In this document: positions 17,570-28,064 of the stretch, piece by piece | Numbering within the stretch: the stretch's first letter is position 1 | How the letters are laid out: each line of letters begins with the position of its first letter | NCBI GenBank assembly: GCA_963745025.1 | Contig: CAVUWD010000011.1 | Location: forward strand, 256,001-320,000 | Direction of reading: 5' to 3' | From: an uncultured delta proteobacterium | Lineage (GTDB): Bacteria > Desulfobacterota > Binatia > JACPRU01 | DNA length: 64,000 bases | Notes under the pieces: generated by a model | Seen by the model: only the letters and a program-made list of their open reading frames with translations | The model's database searches: none | What the model was told of the DNA's origin: nothing | Position numbers and translations under genes: made by a program

Positions 17570-18418
17570 TCACCGTCCGCCGTTCGCAAACCGTGCGAGC
17601 TCGTCGAGGCGCTTCCACATCGCGTCGCGGTCGGCGGCGGGCAGGCCGAAGATCACCCGCTCGATGCCCGCGCGCTCCCACGAGTCGACGGTTGCGCGCT
17701 CGGTAGGCGCCCAGAAGACCGTGATCGAGATCGAGCGCGGGTCGCGTCCGGCCCTTGTTGCGCGCTCGCGGAGATCCGCCGCTCCGGCGGTGATGTCTTC
17801 GCCGTTGATTCCCGGGATCGGCATCCAGCCGTCGCAATAGTCGACGACACGCTGGCGCCCCTTCGGCCCGTGAGCGCCGAGCAGGATCGGCGGATGCGGC
17901 TTTTGCACGGGCTTCGGCTCTGCCCAGATCGGATCGAAACGCACCATCTCGCCGTGGTACTCCGCCGCCTCCTTTGTCCAGATCTCCTTCATCGCCTCGA
18001 CCCGCTCGCGCACCAGCCGCCAGCGCGTCTTCGGGTTCGTGCCGTGGTTCTCCATCTCCTCGAGGTTCCAGCCGCCGCCGACGCCGAACAGGAGGCGCCC
18101 GCAGGAGAGGAAGTCGGCGGTCGCGACCTCTTTCGCCGTGCTGATCGGATCACGCTCGCAGACGAGGAGCACGCCCGTGCCGAGCTTCAGCTTCTTGGTG
18201 ACGGCTGCGGCTGCGTTCACGCAAGCGAAGGGGTCGAGCAGGTGCCAGTAATCGCGCGGCAGCTCGATGCCTTGCGGGTGCGGCGTGCGCCGCGACGCCG
18301 GGATGTGGCTGTGGTCGGGGAACCAGAGCGACTCAAAGCCGCGCTCCTCGACGGCCGGCGCGAGCTCGTCCGGTCGCACGGAGAAGTCCGTCTGAAGCGA
18401 CATCACGGCATACTTCAT
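17570..18418 (-). CDS. LLM-class F420-dependent oxidoreductase (Rv2161c-like)
   Basis: GFESLWFPDHSHIP, GVGGGWNLEEMENHG, PKPVQKPHPPILLG. Confidence 0.92.
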   Translation of the reverse strand: MKYAVMSLQTDFSVRPDELAPAVEERGFESLWFPDHSHIPASRRTPHPQGIELPRDYWHLLDPFACVNAAAAVTKKLKLGTGVLLVCERDPISTAKEVATADFLSCGRLLFGVGGGWNLEEMENHGTNPKTRWRLVRERVEAMKEIWTKEAAEYHGEMVRFDPIWAEPKPVQKPHPPILLGAHGPKGRQRVVDYCDGWMPIPGINGEDITAGAADLRERATRAGRDPRSISITVFWAPTERATVDSWERAGIERVIFGLPAADRDAMWKRLDELARFANGGR

Positions 18419-18488
18419 GGGCGGTCCTCCTTCACCGGTTAGCCTACTCCGAGTCGGCGCCGCATCGAAGTTCGGCGTGATCTCGGCG

Positions 18489-19745
18489 TCAGTCGCGTGT
18501 CCCTGGGCCCTGTGCGCCGGCCAATCCGACCGTCGGCGCGGACGAGGCCGCATCGAGGTGCGGCACGACGTTGGTCATGAACAGTTCGAGCTCGCGCAGC
18601 ACGGACTCCTTCGGCTGCTGCGCGAAGTGGTAGATCAGCGTGATGTATTCGCACGGCACCTCGTCGTAGAGGCGCTTCCATTCGTCGCGCACCTGATCGG
18701 GCGTACCGACGGAAAAAATACCGGATTCCTTGATGTTCTGCACGAAATCGGTGTTGGGATCGTTCGGGAACTGCGGGAAGAACGGACCGTAGAAGTTCTT
18801 GTAGATGTCGATGTCGTAGTCGCGGATCATCCGATCGCATTCGGCCATGCTGCTCGCGATGTGGGGCCAGCGCACGATGTTCTGCCGCTGTCCGAGCGTC
18901 ACGCGCTCGCCGTGCTTCGCCGACTCGTCGACATAGAGCTGCGCCTGCTTGCGGATCGAGTCGAACTTCGAAAAGTAGGTCGGGATGAAGCCGTTGCGGC
19001 CGCAATAACGCACCGAGTCGTCGCTCCTCGTGGTGGCGACGAAGATCGGCGGCCGGCGCTTCTTGTAGGTCGGCGGCACCACGCTGATGCGCCGCACGTT
19101 GCCGGCGGCGTCGATCTCGCCCGCTGCGCCGGCCTCGCTTGCGATGCGCGCCGCAGGGTATTTCTCCACGCCGGTGTCGAGCGGAAAGGGCGCCTGGTAG
19201 TAGTCGCCGTTGAGGACGACGGAATCCTCCTCCCAGCAGCGCAGCACCATCGCCACGCGCTCCTCGAAGATGTCGCGGTTCTTCAGGTCGTCGGCGCTGC
19301 CGTCGGAGACGGTGGCGACGGTGTGGGAGAACTGGCCGAGAATGTTGGTCCAGCGCGATTGGTAGCCCCGGGCGAAGCCGACGAAGTATTTTCCACGCGT
19401 GATGTGGTCGAGTATCGCGGTCTCCTCGGCGACGCGGATCGGGTCCTGCGTCGCCATGACGTAGCCGAGCGCGCCAACATGCATGTGCTTCACCTGGCCC
19501 GCCCACCAGGCATTGAGGATGCCGGGGTTGGGCCCGACCTCGTAGCCTTCCGAATGCAGGTGGTGCTCGATGGTCGAGGCGCCCCAGACGCCCAGCTCAT
19601 CGGCCGCCTTGATGATGTCGATCCAGTCGAACAGGACGCGCTGGTAGAGGTCGGCATCACGGCCAACCGGCCGCGCGCGCCGGCGGCCTTCCTCCCCGTC
19701 GGCGGGAAGCATCGGATAGAGCTGCAGGATGACCTTCGGCCGCAT
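18489..19745 (-). CDS. LLM-class flavin-dependent monooxygenase
   Basis: IEHHLHSEG, DPIRVAEETAILDH, GFARGYQ, GTPDQV. Confidence 0.9.
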   Translation of the reverse strand: MRPKVILQLYPMLPADGEEGRRRARPVGRDADLYQRVLFDWIDIIKAADELGVWGASTIEHHLHSEGYEVGPNPGILNAWWAGQVKHMHVGALGYVMATQDPIRVAEETAILDHITRGKYFVGFARGYQSRWTNILGQFSHTVATVSDGSADDLKNRDIFEERVAMVLRCWEEDSVVLNGDYYQAPFPLDTGVEKYPAARIASEAGAAGEIDAAGNVRRISVVPPTYKKRRPPIFVATTRSDDSVRYCGRNGFIPTYFSKFDSIRKQAQLYVDESAKHGERVTLGQRQNIVRWPHIASSMAECDRMIRDYDIDIYKNFYGPFFPQFPNDPNTDFVQNIKESGIFSVGTPDQVRDEWKRLYDEVPCEYITLIYHFAQQPKESVLRELELFMTNVVPHLDAASSAPTVGLAGAQGPGTRD

Positions 19746-19894
19746 CTTGAGCGTCCCTTCGTGTTCTCGATTGTCGTACTTGGCCCGCCTATAGGGCGAC
19801 AGCCAGCAGGCCTTGCAGACGATGTCTCGCAATATCTCGTACGGGGTTCCAGACTCAATCGATCAACGGCATCGCCTGATGAATTCGCGCCGCC

Positions 19895-20002
19895 TTATTC
19901 GCTCACCTCGTCGGCGCCCGCGAGCAGCATCGGCGGCACGTCGAGGCCGAGCGCCTTCGCGGACTTGAGGTTGACCACCAAGGTCAACTGCATCACCGGC
20001 AG
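19895..20002 (-). pseudogene. C-terminal relic of an ABC-transporter substrate-binding protein
   Basis: [35 protein letters not shown]. Confidence 0.75.
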
Positions 20003-20052
20003 GGCGGCAGGTTTGGCCCAATGCCGGCTAGCGCCGAGAATGTGCGAACTTG

Positions 20053-20350
20053 TCAGAGTGACCCGTATATGGCCGCCTCGAAGGCCCGAAACAGGTTGAC
20101 TGCCAGGCGATCAAAGAAGGGAAAGATCTGCGTCATGAAGCCGCCGGTCACGCCCTTGGTCTGGTCGATCCAGAAGTAGCAGTTGCTCAGCCCAGCCCAG
20201 GACAGGCTGCCGGGTGAACGGCCTTCCGGTGTCCGCTCCGTATTGATCAAGAAACTCAGGCCCCACTTTTGCTTCATTCCAGGGAAGAAGTCGGCGTCGT
20301 TGGAATACTCCGGTATGGCCGTCTTCAACTCGACGAAATCGATATCGCCC
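20053..20350 (-). pseudogene. C-terminal fragment of a serine hydrolase (class C beta-lactamase-like)
   Basis: WGLSFLIN, GRSPGSLSWAGLSNCYFWID; the SxxK region is absent. Confidence 0.8.
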
Positions 20351-20611
20351 ATTGCCTCGCTCGACAGCAGCTTCCAGGCGTTCGACTCGGACAGCGACGC
20401 CGACCTGGCCTACGCGCAGAGCTACGCGATGGTGGAGCTGATGCGCGAGTGCGGCGGAGATGGGGCTCTCGACACCGCGCTCGCCGCGTTCGCGAGTGGA
20501 GCGGACACACCCACCGCCCTGGCGCGCGCCTGTCACCGTGAGGAGGTGACTGGAAAAGACCTGCTCGACTTCCTCGAGCGCCGGCTGGCCCAGCGCGGCG
20601 CCAGGCCGTGA
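20348..20611 (+). pseudogene. C-terminal fragment of a peptidase MA-like protein
   Basis: PIASLDSSF...ADLAYAQSYAMVELM; the HExxH region is absent. Confidence 0.65.
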
Positions 20612-21060
20612 AGCCGGAGCTCCTTCGCCGCTGCCTTTCAGCTCGAGAGCTTCATCCCGATGTCGCCGGCCGGCTCGGCTCCCGCCTTACGTCGTTCGGC
20701 GTGGCGGCTCCGCCTCTAAAGAGGCTGCGCCTGGTCGCTCTCGCCGGCAGGGCTCACCCGCACCACCAGCTGAACCGCGCTGAAGCCGGCCGACTCGTAC
20801 AGTCCGGCGAAAACGCCTCCCCCCAGCCAGAGGTTGATCGGCTCGGCGTGGAAGCGCGTACCGAGGGTCAGCTCGACCCATCCGTAGAGCATTCAGGTCT
20901 CGTGCGGATACGGGTCGGGCTGGGACAACATGCCCAAGGTCACGCCAGCCGCGGCCCAGAGGGCGAAGCGCCACCAGCGGAAGACGTCGACTCCCAGCTG
21001 GTCTGCCGCCCAAAGCCAACGCTCGTACCGAGCCCGCGGAAGCAAGATTGAGCGGCGCGG

Positions 21061-21462
21061 TCAGTTGCTCCGCGAGCCACCGCCGCCGCGCACGTCGATT
21101 CCGCGCTGCTCGAGGAGCTTCAGCAGCATCTCGTTCGTCTCGATGATTTCTTGGAGCTTCTTCTCGATCGCCAAGGCGTTCGCCTCCATCCAACAACGAA
21201 GCGCGCTGAGTGCCGCATGAGCAGTCTGCGGATCCATCTTTCGCGGAGGCTCGCCTTCCGCGAGGTCAGCCTTGGTGTCTCCGACGACTAGCGAATTGTA
21301 GATCGCATTCGCGGCCGCCTTCACGTCCTCGGCCGTGCGAAGGTAGCGCCAGCCGCGGGGCTTCCCGCTCTTGCGCGCCTTCCTGGATCGGAGACCGTCG
21401 CTACCCCCAGGGGTCCCCGCGCCATCCTGCGTATTCTCGGCCGTCCAGTTGTTTTCCTTCAT
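21061..21462 (-). CDS. Mobile-element-type helical hypothetical protein
   Basis: GGAGG RBS; LRTAEDVKAAANAIYNSL...MDPQTAHAAL, C-terminal coiled coil. Confidence 0.6.
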   Translation of the reverse strand: MKENNWTAENTQDGAGTPGGSDGLRSRKARKSGKPRGWRYLRTAEDVKAAANAIYNSLVVGDTKADLAEGEPPRKMDPQTAHAALSALRCWMEANALAIEKKLQEIIETNEMLLKLLEQRGIDVRGGGGSRSN

Positions 21463-21578
21463 CCCTACCTCCGCGTCTTCCCCTCGCATTCCAGGACATT
21501 CACCCGCCGAGCACCGTCCTTCGGGTCCGATAGTGGACCCTATGTCGAAATCACGCTTTTGTGCGGGCCATAACAACT

Positions 21579-22367
21579 CTAGCGGCCGTTGAAGATCACC
21601 TGCTGCTTCTTGGCGAACGCCGCGACGCCGTTCTTGAAGTCCTCGGTGTGGCCGCTCGCGGCGATGGCCTGAGCCTCGAGCTCCATCTGGGTCTCGAGAC
21701 TCTCCTGCGTCGACTGGTGGAAGAGGAGCTTGGCCCGGCCGAAGGCGAGCGTCGGCCCCCGGGCGAGCTCTTTCGCCAGGGTCGCCAGGGCTCCGGGGAA
21801 CTCGGCGTCCGGATGGACGCGGTTGACGAGCCCCCAATCCATCGCCTCGCGCGCCGAAAGCACGCGATTCGTGTAGTGGAGCTCGAGCGCCCGGCGCAAC
21901 CCGATCATCCGCGGCAGGAAATACGACGAGGAGCCGTCGGGCGACGCGGCGATCTTCGAGTACGCCATCGTGAACTTCGCGGACTCCGCCGCGACCACAA
22001 GATCCCCGGCGAGCGCGAGGCTCATGCCCCCACCCGCCGCCACACCGTTGACGGCCATGATGACGGGCTTGGCCGTGCGCGCCAGCCGCGAGACCGCGCC
22101 GTGCAGGTAGGTCGTCAGCTCCTTGATCACGATCCCGATGCGGTCCGCATTGTCGTTGAAGTCCTTGACGTCGCCGCCGGCGCAAAACGCCTTCCCTGCG
22201 CCCGTGATGACGATGCATCGCACGGCGCGGTCCTCATCGGCCTCGAGCGTGGCGCGGAAGAGATCGCCGGCCAGCGCCAGGTTCAGGGCATTGTAGGCCT
22301 CGGGACGATTCATGGTGATCGTGGCGACGGCGTCCTTGACCTCGTAGCGGATGGTGTCGTGATGCAT
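21579..22367 (-). CDS. Enoyl-CoA hydratase/isomerase (PaaG-like)
   Basis: AFCAGGD, AVNGVAAGGG, PDGSSSYFLPR. Confidence 0.92.
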   Translation of the reverse strand: MHHDTIRYEVKDAVATITMNRPEAYNALNLALAGDLFRATLEADEDRAVRCIVITGAGKAFCAGGDVKDFNDNADRIGIVIKELTTYLHGAVSRLARTAKPVIMAVNGVAAGGGMSLALAGDLVVAAESAKFTMAYSKIAASPDGSSSYFLPRMIGLRRALELHYTNRVLSAREAMDWGLVNRVHPDAEFPGALATLAKELARGPTLAFGRAKLLFHQSTQESLETQMELEAQAIAASGHTEDFKNGVAAFAKKQQVIFNGR

Positions 22368-22696
22368 GGCTCTCTCCTCGTTGGATTAGCGGCGGTCGCC
22401 GACGCGGTGCAGCTTGAGCAGGTGGGTGGAGGATAACCACGACAAGCGGCCGAAATTTATTTAGTCTCCCATATAACCGCCGTGCGACGGAAATCATGCG
22501 GGATCTTGCCGGTTAAGCCCGCCGCCTTGCAAGCGGTGTTGGCCTTGTAGTGATTGGTCGGTACGACATCGAGAGCCTGCTAAGTCCGAAAGGACAAGCT
22601 CGAAAAAAGGTGCGGGCGTGTGCCCGCGATCGCTTGTGCTGTGCGGCACCGAGAGGCAAACTTTATTGGGGGAAGCGAGTCCCCTCGTTTCCGACT

Positions 22697-25600
22697 ATGT
22701 CGTCGCAACCTGCTGCTTCACCCCGAGAAAGCTCGGCATCTTCGGTCTCGGCCGAATCGCTCGAAACTCTCCGCCAACTGACGGTTTCGCCGCTCGACGA
22801 GATCACCGCTCCGAAGGCCCTCGCCGCGATCCTCGAGGCACTGCGCCTTCGCTACGGGGCGCTTCTTCGCTACGACTCGGACTCGCAGAGCCTGACGATG
22901 GTCGCGCAGGAAGGGCTGGCGGAGCAGGCGATCGGCGCGATCCGACTCATCCGTCGCGGCGTGAGCGGGGTTTGGGACATGCCGCTCCACGCCGTCCTGC
23001 AGCGACGCGTCTACATCATCGACAGGCCGAAGGAGAATCCCTTCGTGCCCACGCTGCTCCAGGGTAGCGACCAGGGAGTGCTCACCAACGCCGCCGTCAT
23101 GCCGCTGTTCGCGGAGGGGTCGGTGACCGGTGCGCTCCTGCTCGTCGGTAGCGGAAAGCGCGCCATCCACGAGACCGACATCGTCAAGCTACGCGAAGCC
23201 GCGAAGAACCTGGGCACGGCTCTCCGCTTGCCGTCGAAGCTGGAGCCGCGTGCGGCGCACGTGCTCACGCAACCGATCTCGGCGTCGGCTCGCGAGGAAT
23301 CGGTACGGGATCGCGCAATGCTCAAGGCGCGAATCAGCGAGCTCGAGTCGCTGGTCGAATCGCTGCGCCGCACCGCGGGTGGAACGTCGAGCGCAACGGA
23401 GACCGAGCGGCGTCTGGCGGACATCGGACGGGAGCGCGACCGTCACAAATCCGAAGCCGCGCTTCACGAGATCGCGCTCCGCAATCTCCGCGCCGAGTAC
23501 GACTTGGTCCGCGACCAGAGCGCCTCGGAAGCCGAACGCGGCCGCAAGCTCGCGCTCGAGCTCGCCCGAGAGAGAGAACAGCTCGCCGCCGCCGTGGAGA
23601 GCGGCCAGCGGTCGACCGAAGAGCTCGCGCAGGCGAATCGTTCGCGCACCGAGCTCCAGGAACGGCTCGGCGCTCTCGAGCGCCAGCTCGGCGAGACCGC
23701 GAAACAAGTCCATGCCGGCGAAGCCACGCGGGCCGAGATCGCCTCCCGTCTCTCGGTAGCGGAGCGCGACACCGAAGAGCTGCGAAAGAGTTTGCGTGCG
23801 CGCGAGGAGCAAGTCAGCGAGCTCCGTGGCGAGCGCGAGCGCCTGACGGCATCTCTGCAGAAAGCAGCCGCCCGCTACCAGGCGGTCGAGGACGCGACGG
23901 CTCAGCTCGGCGAGGGGTCGGAGATCGCGCAGGCGGAGCTCCGCGGCCAAATCGAAGTCCTGCAGGCGCGCCTCGAGGCGAGCGAGCGGGAGCGAGATCA
24001 GTTGTCTGCGGGTCTCGCTGGCCGGTCGGAGATCGTGCGCGAGATCGAGCGAGAGACCGAACGGTTCCGGACCGAGCTCGCCCGCGAGGTGGAACGCCGC
24101 CGCGTCGCCGAGCAGACCGCGTCGAGCGTGATCCACGATGCCGCAGCGCTGCGCGTCGAGGCCGAACGCGTGCAGGCGGAGCGGCAGATGGCACACGCCG
24201 AGGCGGAGCAATCGCGCACCGAGGCGCAGCAACTCGCCGCCGAGATCGACGCGCTTCGCAAGAGCTCGCAGGGGGAAACCGAGCGACTCCGCCAACAGGC
24301 GGCCGATCTCCAGACCCGCGCCGAGCGGGCGGAATCGATGCGCAACGCGCTCGCCGCGGAAGTCGAGCGCCTGCGTCCGGATCTCGAAAGCCATCGCAAG
24401 AGCGAGGCCGATCTCCGCTCCCGGGACGCCGGCCGGCAGGAAGCCGAACGGGCGCTCCAGGCCGAGGTCGCAGAGCTGCGCAATCGGCTGCAGGAAACCG
24501 CCGAGTCGGCGCGCGCGCTCTCGCGCGAGCGGGATGCGTTGCTCGCCCGCGCCGCCACCCTTCAAGAAACGACGGCCAACTTGCTGCGCGACGGCGAAGC
24601 GCTGCGTGCCGAGCGCGATGGTCGCGACCAGGAGCTCGAAAGCGTCCGCGCGGCCGCCGAGGCCAAAGCGGCCGAGGCCGAGCGCCTACGAGCGGAAGTC
24701 GAGGGCCTACGGGGTTTGGCCCAGGGCGTCGAGGCGGACCTCGGCGAGGCGCGGGGCGGCCAGGCCGCGGCGCTCGAACGTGCGCAGGTGCTGGAGAGCG
24801 AGCTCGCAAGCCTTCGCGGGGAGCTCGAACGCGCGCAGTCGCGCGGCAGCGAGCTCACGGTGGAGCTCGCCCGGCGCGCGCAGCTCGAAGAGTCGTTGCA
24901 AGCCGCGGCCGGTGAAAGTCGCCGGCAGCTCGAGGACACCGAGCGTCGCCGGCTCGAGGAGGAGCTCCAGCGCAACGAGCTCGAGGGCCGGCTACGGCAG
25001 CTCGAGCAACAGCTCCAGGGCGCGAGCGCCGATCTCGCCGAAAAGACGCGCGAGATCGACTTCGCGTCAGTGCTCCGCGCGACCCTGGCGAAATCGGAGC
25101 GCGCGCGGCGCGCCGCGGAAGAGGCCGTCATTCGGCTCGAGGCGGCGCTCGACACGGAGCGGCAGGCGAGCGTGCGGCTGCGTCTCGAAAATGACTCCGA
25201 GCGCGAGAGCGCCCACGAGCTCGCACGTAGGCTGGAAGAGCTGGAGCGCAGGCTCGATGAAGCCGAGGCGGCAATCGGAGAGGCCAACCAGCGCGCCGAG
25301 GCGATCGCCGCGGAGCGAGGAGCAGCGCAAGAGACAACCCAGTCGCTCGCCGCCGAGCTCGGTCGTCGCACGGCGGAGCTCGGCGAGCTATCGAGCCGCC
25401 TCGAGTTTGCCGAGCGAGATTTGCAAGAGCGTGAAGCAGCCGTGCAGCGGTCGCTCGCGCACGCGCAGACCGTCGAGCAGAGCGCGCGAGCAGCCGCTCA
25501 GGAGATCGAAGCCCTCAAGCGCCAAGCACTGGCGAGTCAGGACGAGAAAGACCGGCGGATCCACGAGCTCGAGCTGCGTGTCACCGAGACGGCAGGCCGG

Positions 25601-26746
25601 GCGGAGCGGGTGGCCGCGGACCTGAAGGCGGGCGAAGAAGAGCGCGAGCGCCTGCGCGAGTCGCTGCGGGCGCTGGAGAACGAACGCCATCAGGTGAGCG
25701 AAGCGATGCGCGAGGGAACAGCGAAGAGCGCGGCACTCGAGGCGGCAGTGCGCCGGAGTCAGGCGGAGAGCGAGCGGCTCGTGGGAGACATCGAATCGGC
25801 CAGACAGCAAGCCGCGCGCCTCGAAAACGACCTACGGAGCCTCGAATCGGAGAGCGCGCGCTGGCGGAGCCTGGCCGAGAAGTTGCAAGGCACGATCGAG
25901 GAGCGTGACCGAGAGATCCAGGGGCTCAAGTCTGCCGCGCCGCGGCCGCCGGTCATTCCGCCCCCGGCGACGCTGAAGCCTGCGCCCGCGAAACTGCCAA
26001 CCGCCGGAGCGGCGCCGAAGCCCGCGTCCGTGGTCACGAGCTTCGTCGTCGCGGTACTCGACGAACCAGGCCCCGCGTTCAGCGGGCTCGCGCAGGCGTG
26101 CGGCTCGGGCGGGTTCGAAGCGCGCGCGATCGAGAACGGAGGTTCGACGAAAGAGCTCCCTGCCTACACGGCCGTCAATTTGCTCGCCACCAAGAACGGC
26201 GGGCTCGAGGGCCTGGTTCGCAGCCGTACCGATGAAGGGCTCGCCGCTTCGCGACTCTTCCTCTATGCCGCCAAGCCCGGCGGGGCTAACGGAGTGGTTT
26301 TCGGCAGCGTCGATTGCCTGATCCGGCCGATCGAGGAGAAGGACTTTCTGACCGCGCTTACGGGTCTCCTCGGCAACGGCAAGCGCGTGACGATCATCGG
26401 CGAGGAGCTCGACAGCGTTCTCAAGCTGAACGCCTGGGCGACGGCCAAGGGTTGCTCGGTTTCGAGCGCGGGCGATCTCAAGCAGGGGAACGAGATCCTC
26501 GACATCGTCAAGCCCGATCTCATCGTGTTCGACTTCTCGCGCCTCGGCGGCGAAGGCGCTGGCCTGGTGGTCAAGGCGCGGCGGTCGGCCCGCCTCGAAG
26601 CGCTGCCGATGCTGCTCGTGTTGCCGCAAGGGGCGCAGAGTCCGAGCGCGGCATTCTTCATGAAGCGGATGGCGACGCTCGCGGACGAGAGCCCGCTCGA
26701 CTTCACGCCCATCCTTCGACGCCTGGCGCCGACGGAAAAGGTCTAA
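22697..26746 (+). CDS. GAF domain + long coiled coil + two receiver-like domains
   Basis: GAF (AAVMPLFAEGSVTGALLL), long E/R/A/L heptad region, Pro-rich linker, DCLIRPIEE and KPDLIVFD receiver motifs. Confidence 0.8.
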   Translation: MSSQPAASPRESSASSVSAESLETLRQLTVSPLDEITAPKALAAILEALRLRYGALLRYDSDSQSLTMVAQEGLAEQAIGAIRLIRRGVSGVWDMPLHAVLQRRVYIIDRPKENPFVPTLLQGSDQGVLTNAAVMPLFAEGSVTGALLLVGSGKRAIHETDIVKLREAAKNLGTALRLPSKLEPRAAHVLTQPISASAREESVRDRAMLKARISELESLVESLRRTAGGTSSATETERRLADIGRERDRHKSEAALHEIALRNLRAEYDLVRDQSASEAERGRKLALELAREREQLAAAVESGQRSTEELAQANRSRTELQERLGALERQLGETAKQVHAGEATRAEIASRLSVAERDTEELRKSLRAREEQVSELRGERERLTASLQKAAARYQAVEDATAQLGEGSEIAQAELRGQIEVLQARLEASERERDQLSAGLAGRSEIVREIERETERFRTELAREVERRRVAEQTASSVIHDAAALRVEAERVQAERQMAHAEAEQSRTEAQQLAAEIDALRKSSQGETERLRQQAADLQTRAERAESMRNALAAEVERLRPDLESHRKSEADLRSRDAGRQEAERALQAEVAELRNRLQETAESARALSRERDALLARAATLQETTANLLRDGEALRAERDGRDQELESVRAAAEAKAAEAERLRAEVEGLRGLAQGVEADLGEARGGQAAALERAQVLESELASLRGELERAQSRGSELTVELARRAQLEESLQAAAGESRRQLEDTERRRLEEELQRNELEGRLRQLEQQLQGASADLAEKTREIDFASVLRATLAKSERARRAAEEAVIRLEAALDTERQASVRLRLENDSERESAHELARRLEELERRLDEAEAAIGEANQRAEAIAAERGAAQETTQSLAAELGRRTAELGELSSRLEFAERDLQEREAAVQRSLAHAQTVEQSARAAAQEIEALKRQALASQDEKDRRIHELELRVTETAGRAERVAADLKAGEEERERLRESLRALENERHQVSEAMREGTAKSAALEAAVRRSQAESERLVGDIESARQQAARLENDLRSLESESARWRSLAEKLQGTIEERDREIQGLKSAAPRPPVIPPPATLKPAPAKLPTAGAAPKPASVVTSFVVAVLDEPGPAFSGLAQACGSGGFEARAIENGGSTKELPAYTAVNLLATKNGGLEGLVRSRTDEGLAASRLFLYAAKPGGANGVVFGSVDCLIRPIEEKDFLTALTGLLGNGKRVTIIGEELDSVLKLNAWATAKGCSVSSAGDLKQGNEILDIVKPDLIVFDFSRLGGEGAGLVVKARRSARLEALPMLLVLPQGAQSPSAAFFMKRMATLADESPLDFTPILRRLAPTEKV

Positions 26747-26902
26747 CGACTCCGACTACACGGCGAACGTTTCGACGATCAGGCGGTCGTTCTCCGCGAC
26801 GCGTTCGGGATACGCACCGACCGAAGGCGCGAGAAGGGGCCGATCGAAATCGGCTCTCGGCTCTCGGCGAAAGGCCCCGCGCTTCCTTTGCTGAGAGCCG
26901 AA

Positions 26903-26930
26903 TTGACAGCCTACGCCTGGTTAGCATAAC
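26903..26930 (+). promoter_or_regulatory. Putative sigma70 promoter, possibly leaderless
   Basis: TTGACA-16 nt-CATAAC, 8 nt before an ATG that has no SD sequence. Confidence 0.45.
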
Positions 26931-26938
26931 GCCCGCTC

Positions 26939-27996
26939 ATGCCCATCATCCGCAAGAAGACCGGAAACTTTCTCGAGGACTTCCGAGTCGGGCAGGTGTT
27001 TCGTCACAAGCGCGGCAAGACCATCACCGAGGGTCTGTTCAACGCGTTCACCGAGTTCACGATGACCACGAACCCGCTCGCGAAGAACGCGCGCTACGCC
27101 CGCGCCTACGGGTTCCGAGATCTGGTCGCGCCGCCGGGGTTGGTCATGCACGTCGCCTTCAGCCAGACCGTCGAGGACGTCTCGGAGAACGCGCGCGCCA
27201 ATCTCGAGTACATCGACATGCGCTTCGGGGCGCGGCGGTCGTCGGCGACACGATCGAGGTCGAGACCATGGTGCTCGGCGTCAAAGCCTCCTCGAAGGAT
27301 CCGGACCGCGGCGTCGTCCACGTCCAGTCGACGGCCCGAAACCAGGACGGTGCGGTCGTCCTCACCTTCCAGCGCAAGGTCCAGGTCTGGAAGGGCGATC
27401 CGGCCGCCAAAGTCGAAGACGGCGAGATTCCTTCGCCGGCGATCGAGTGCTCGCTCTGGCTGCCGGCCTACGACGCGAAGCGCAACTACCGCTCGCTCGC
27501 ACATCTTTCGGCGGCAGACGGCTACTTCGAGGATCTCGTTCCGGGCGACACGATCGAGCACTCCCGCGGCCGCACCATGACGACCGAGCACATCGCGCTC
27601 ACCGCGCAGCTCGACAACACCTCACAGGTGCACTGCAATCAGTTTATGATCGATCAGGACCCCACGCAGTACGTCGGGGGGCAGCTGATCGTCTACGGCG
27701 GCATCGCCTTCGACCTATGTCTCGGGCTCTCCTCGCCCGACGTCGGCGACAACGCGCTCGGCGACGTCGAGTATCGAACCGGCCGTCACACGGCGCCGGT
27801 GTTCGCCGGCGACACGGTGTTCGCGTCGACCGAGATCCGCGCCAAGCGCGACTTCCCCGGCCGCGCCGATCTCGGCATCGTCGACACGGTGCTGCGCGGC
27901 TTCAAGCCGGTCAAGAAGAACGACGCTTGGGAGCGCGCGGAAGTGTTCTATCTCGAGCGTGCGATCACGCTGAAGAGAAGGTCGCACTACGCGTAG
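26939..27996 (+). CDS. mch: Double MaoC hotdog dehydratase, mesaconyl-CoA (2-methylfumaryl-CoA) hydratase-like; one frameshift near 27232
   Basis: KTGNFLEDFRVGQ, TVEDVSENARANLEY, YFEDLVPGDTIEH, HTAPVFAGDTVFA. Confidence 0.75.
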
Positions 27997-28062
27997 CGGC
28001 TACCGGCTGCCGGCTACCGGAAGAGAACGACGCCCCTTGTCTTTGCCGGTAGCCGGTAGCCG
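27997..28062. repeat. Heptamer (CGGCTAC)-based palindromic intergenic repeat, copy 1
   Basis: cggctac-cggctgc-cggctac-cgg ... ccggtag-ccggtag-ccg between convergent genes. Confidence 0.8.
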
Positions 28063-28064
28063 AT

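Noticed and set aside
21061-22218. 385-aa ORF
   Set aside because: The 5' part is an alternative frame of the crotonase gene; the plausible gene starts at 21462.
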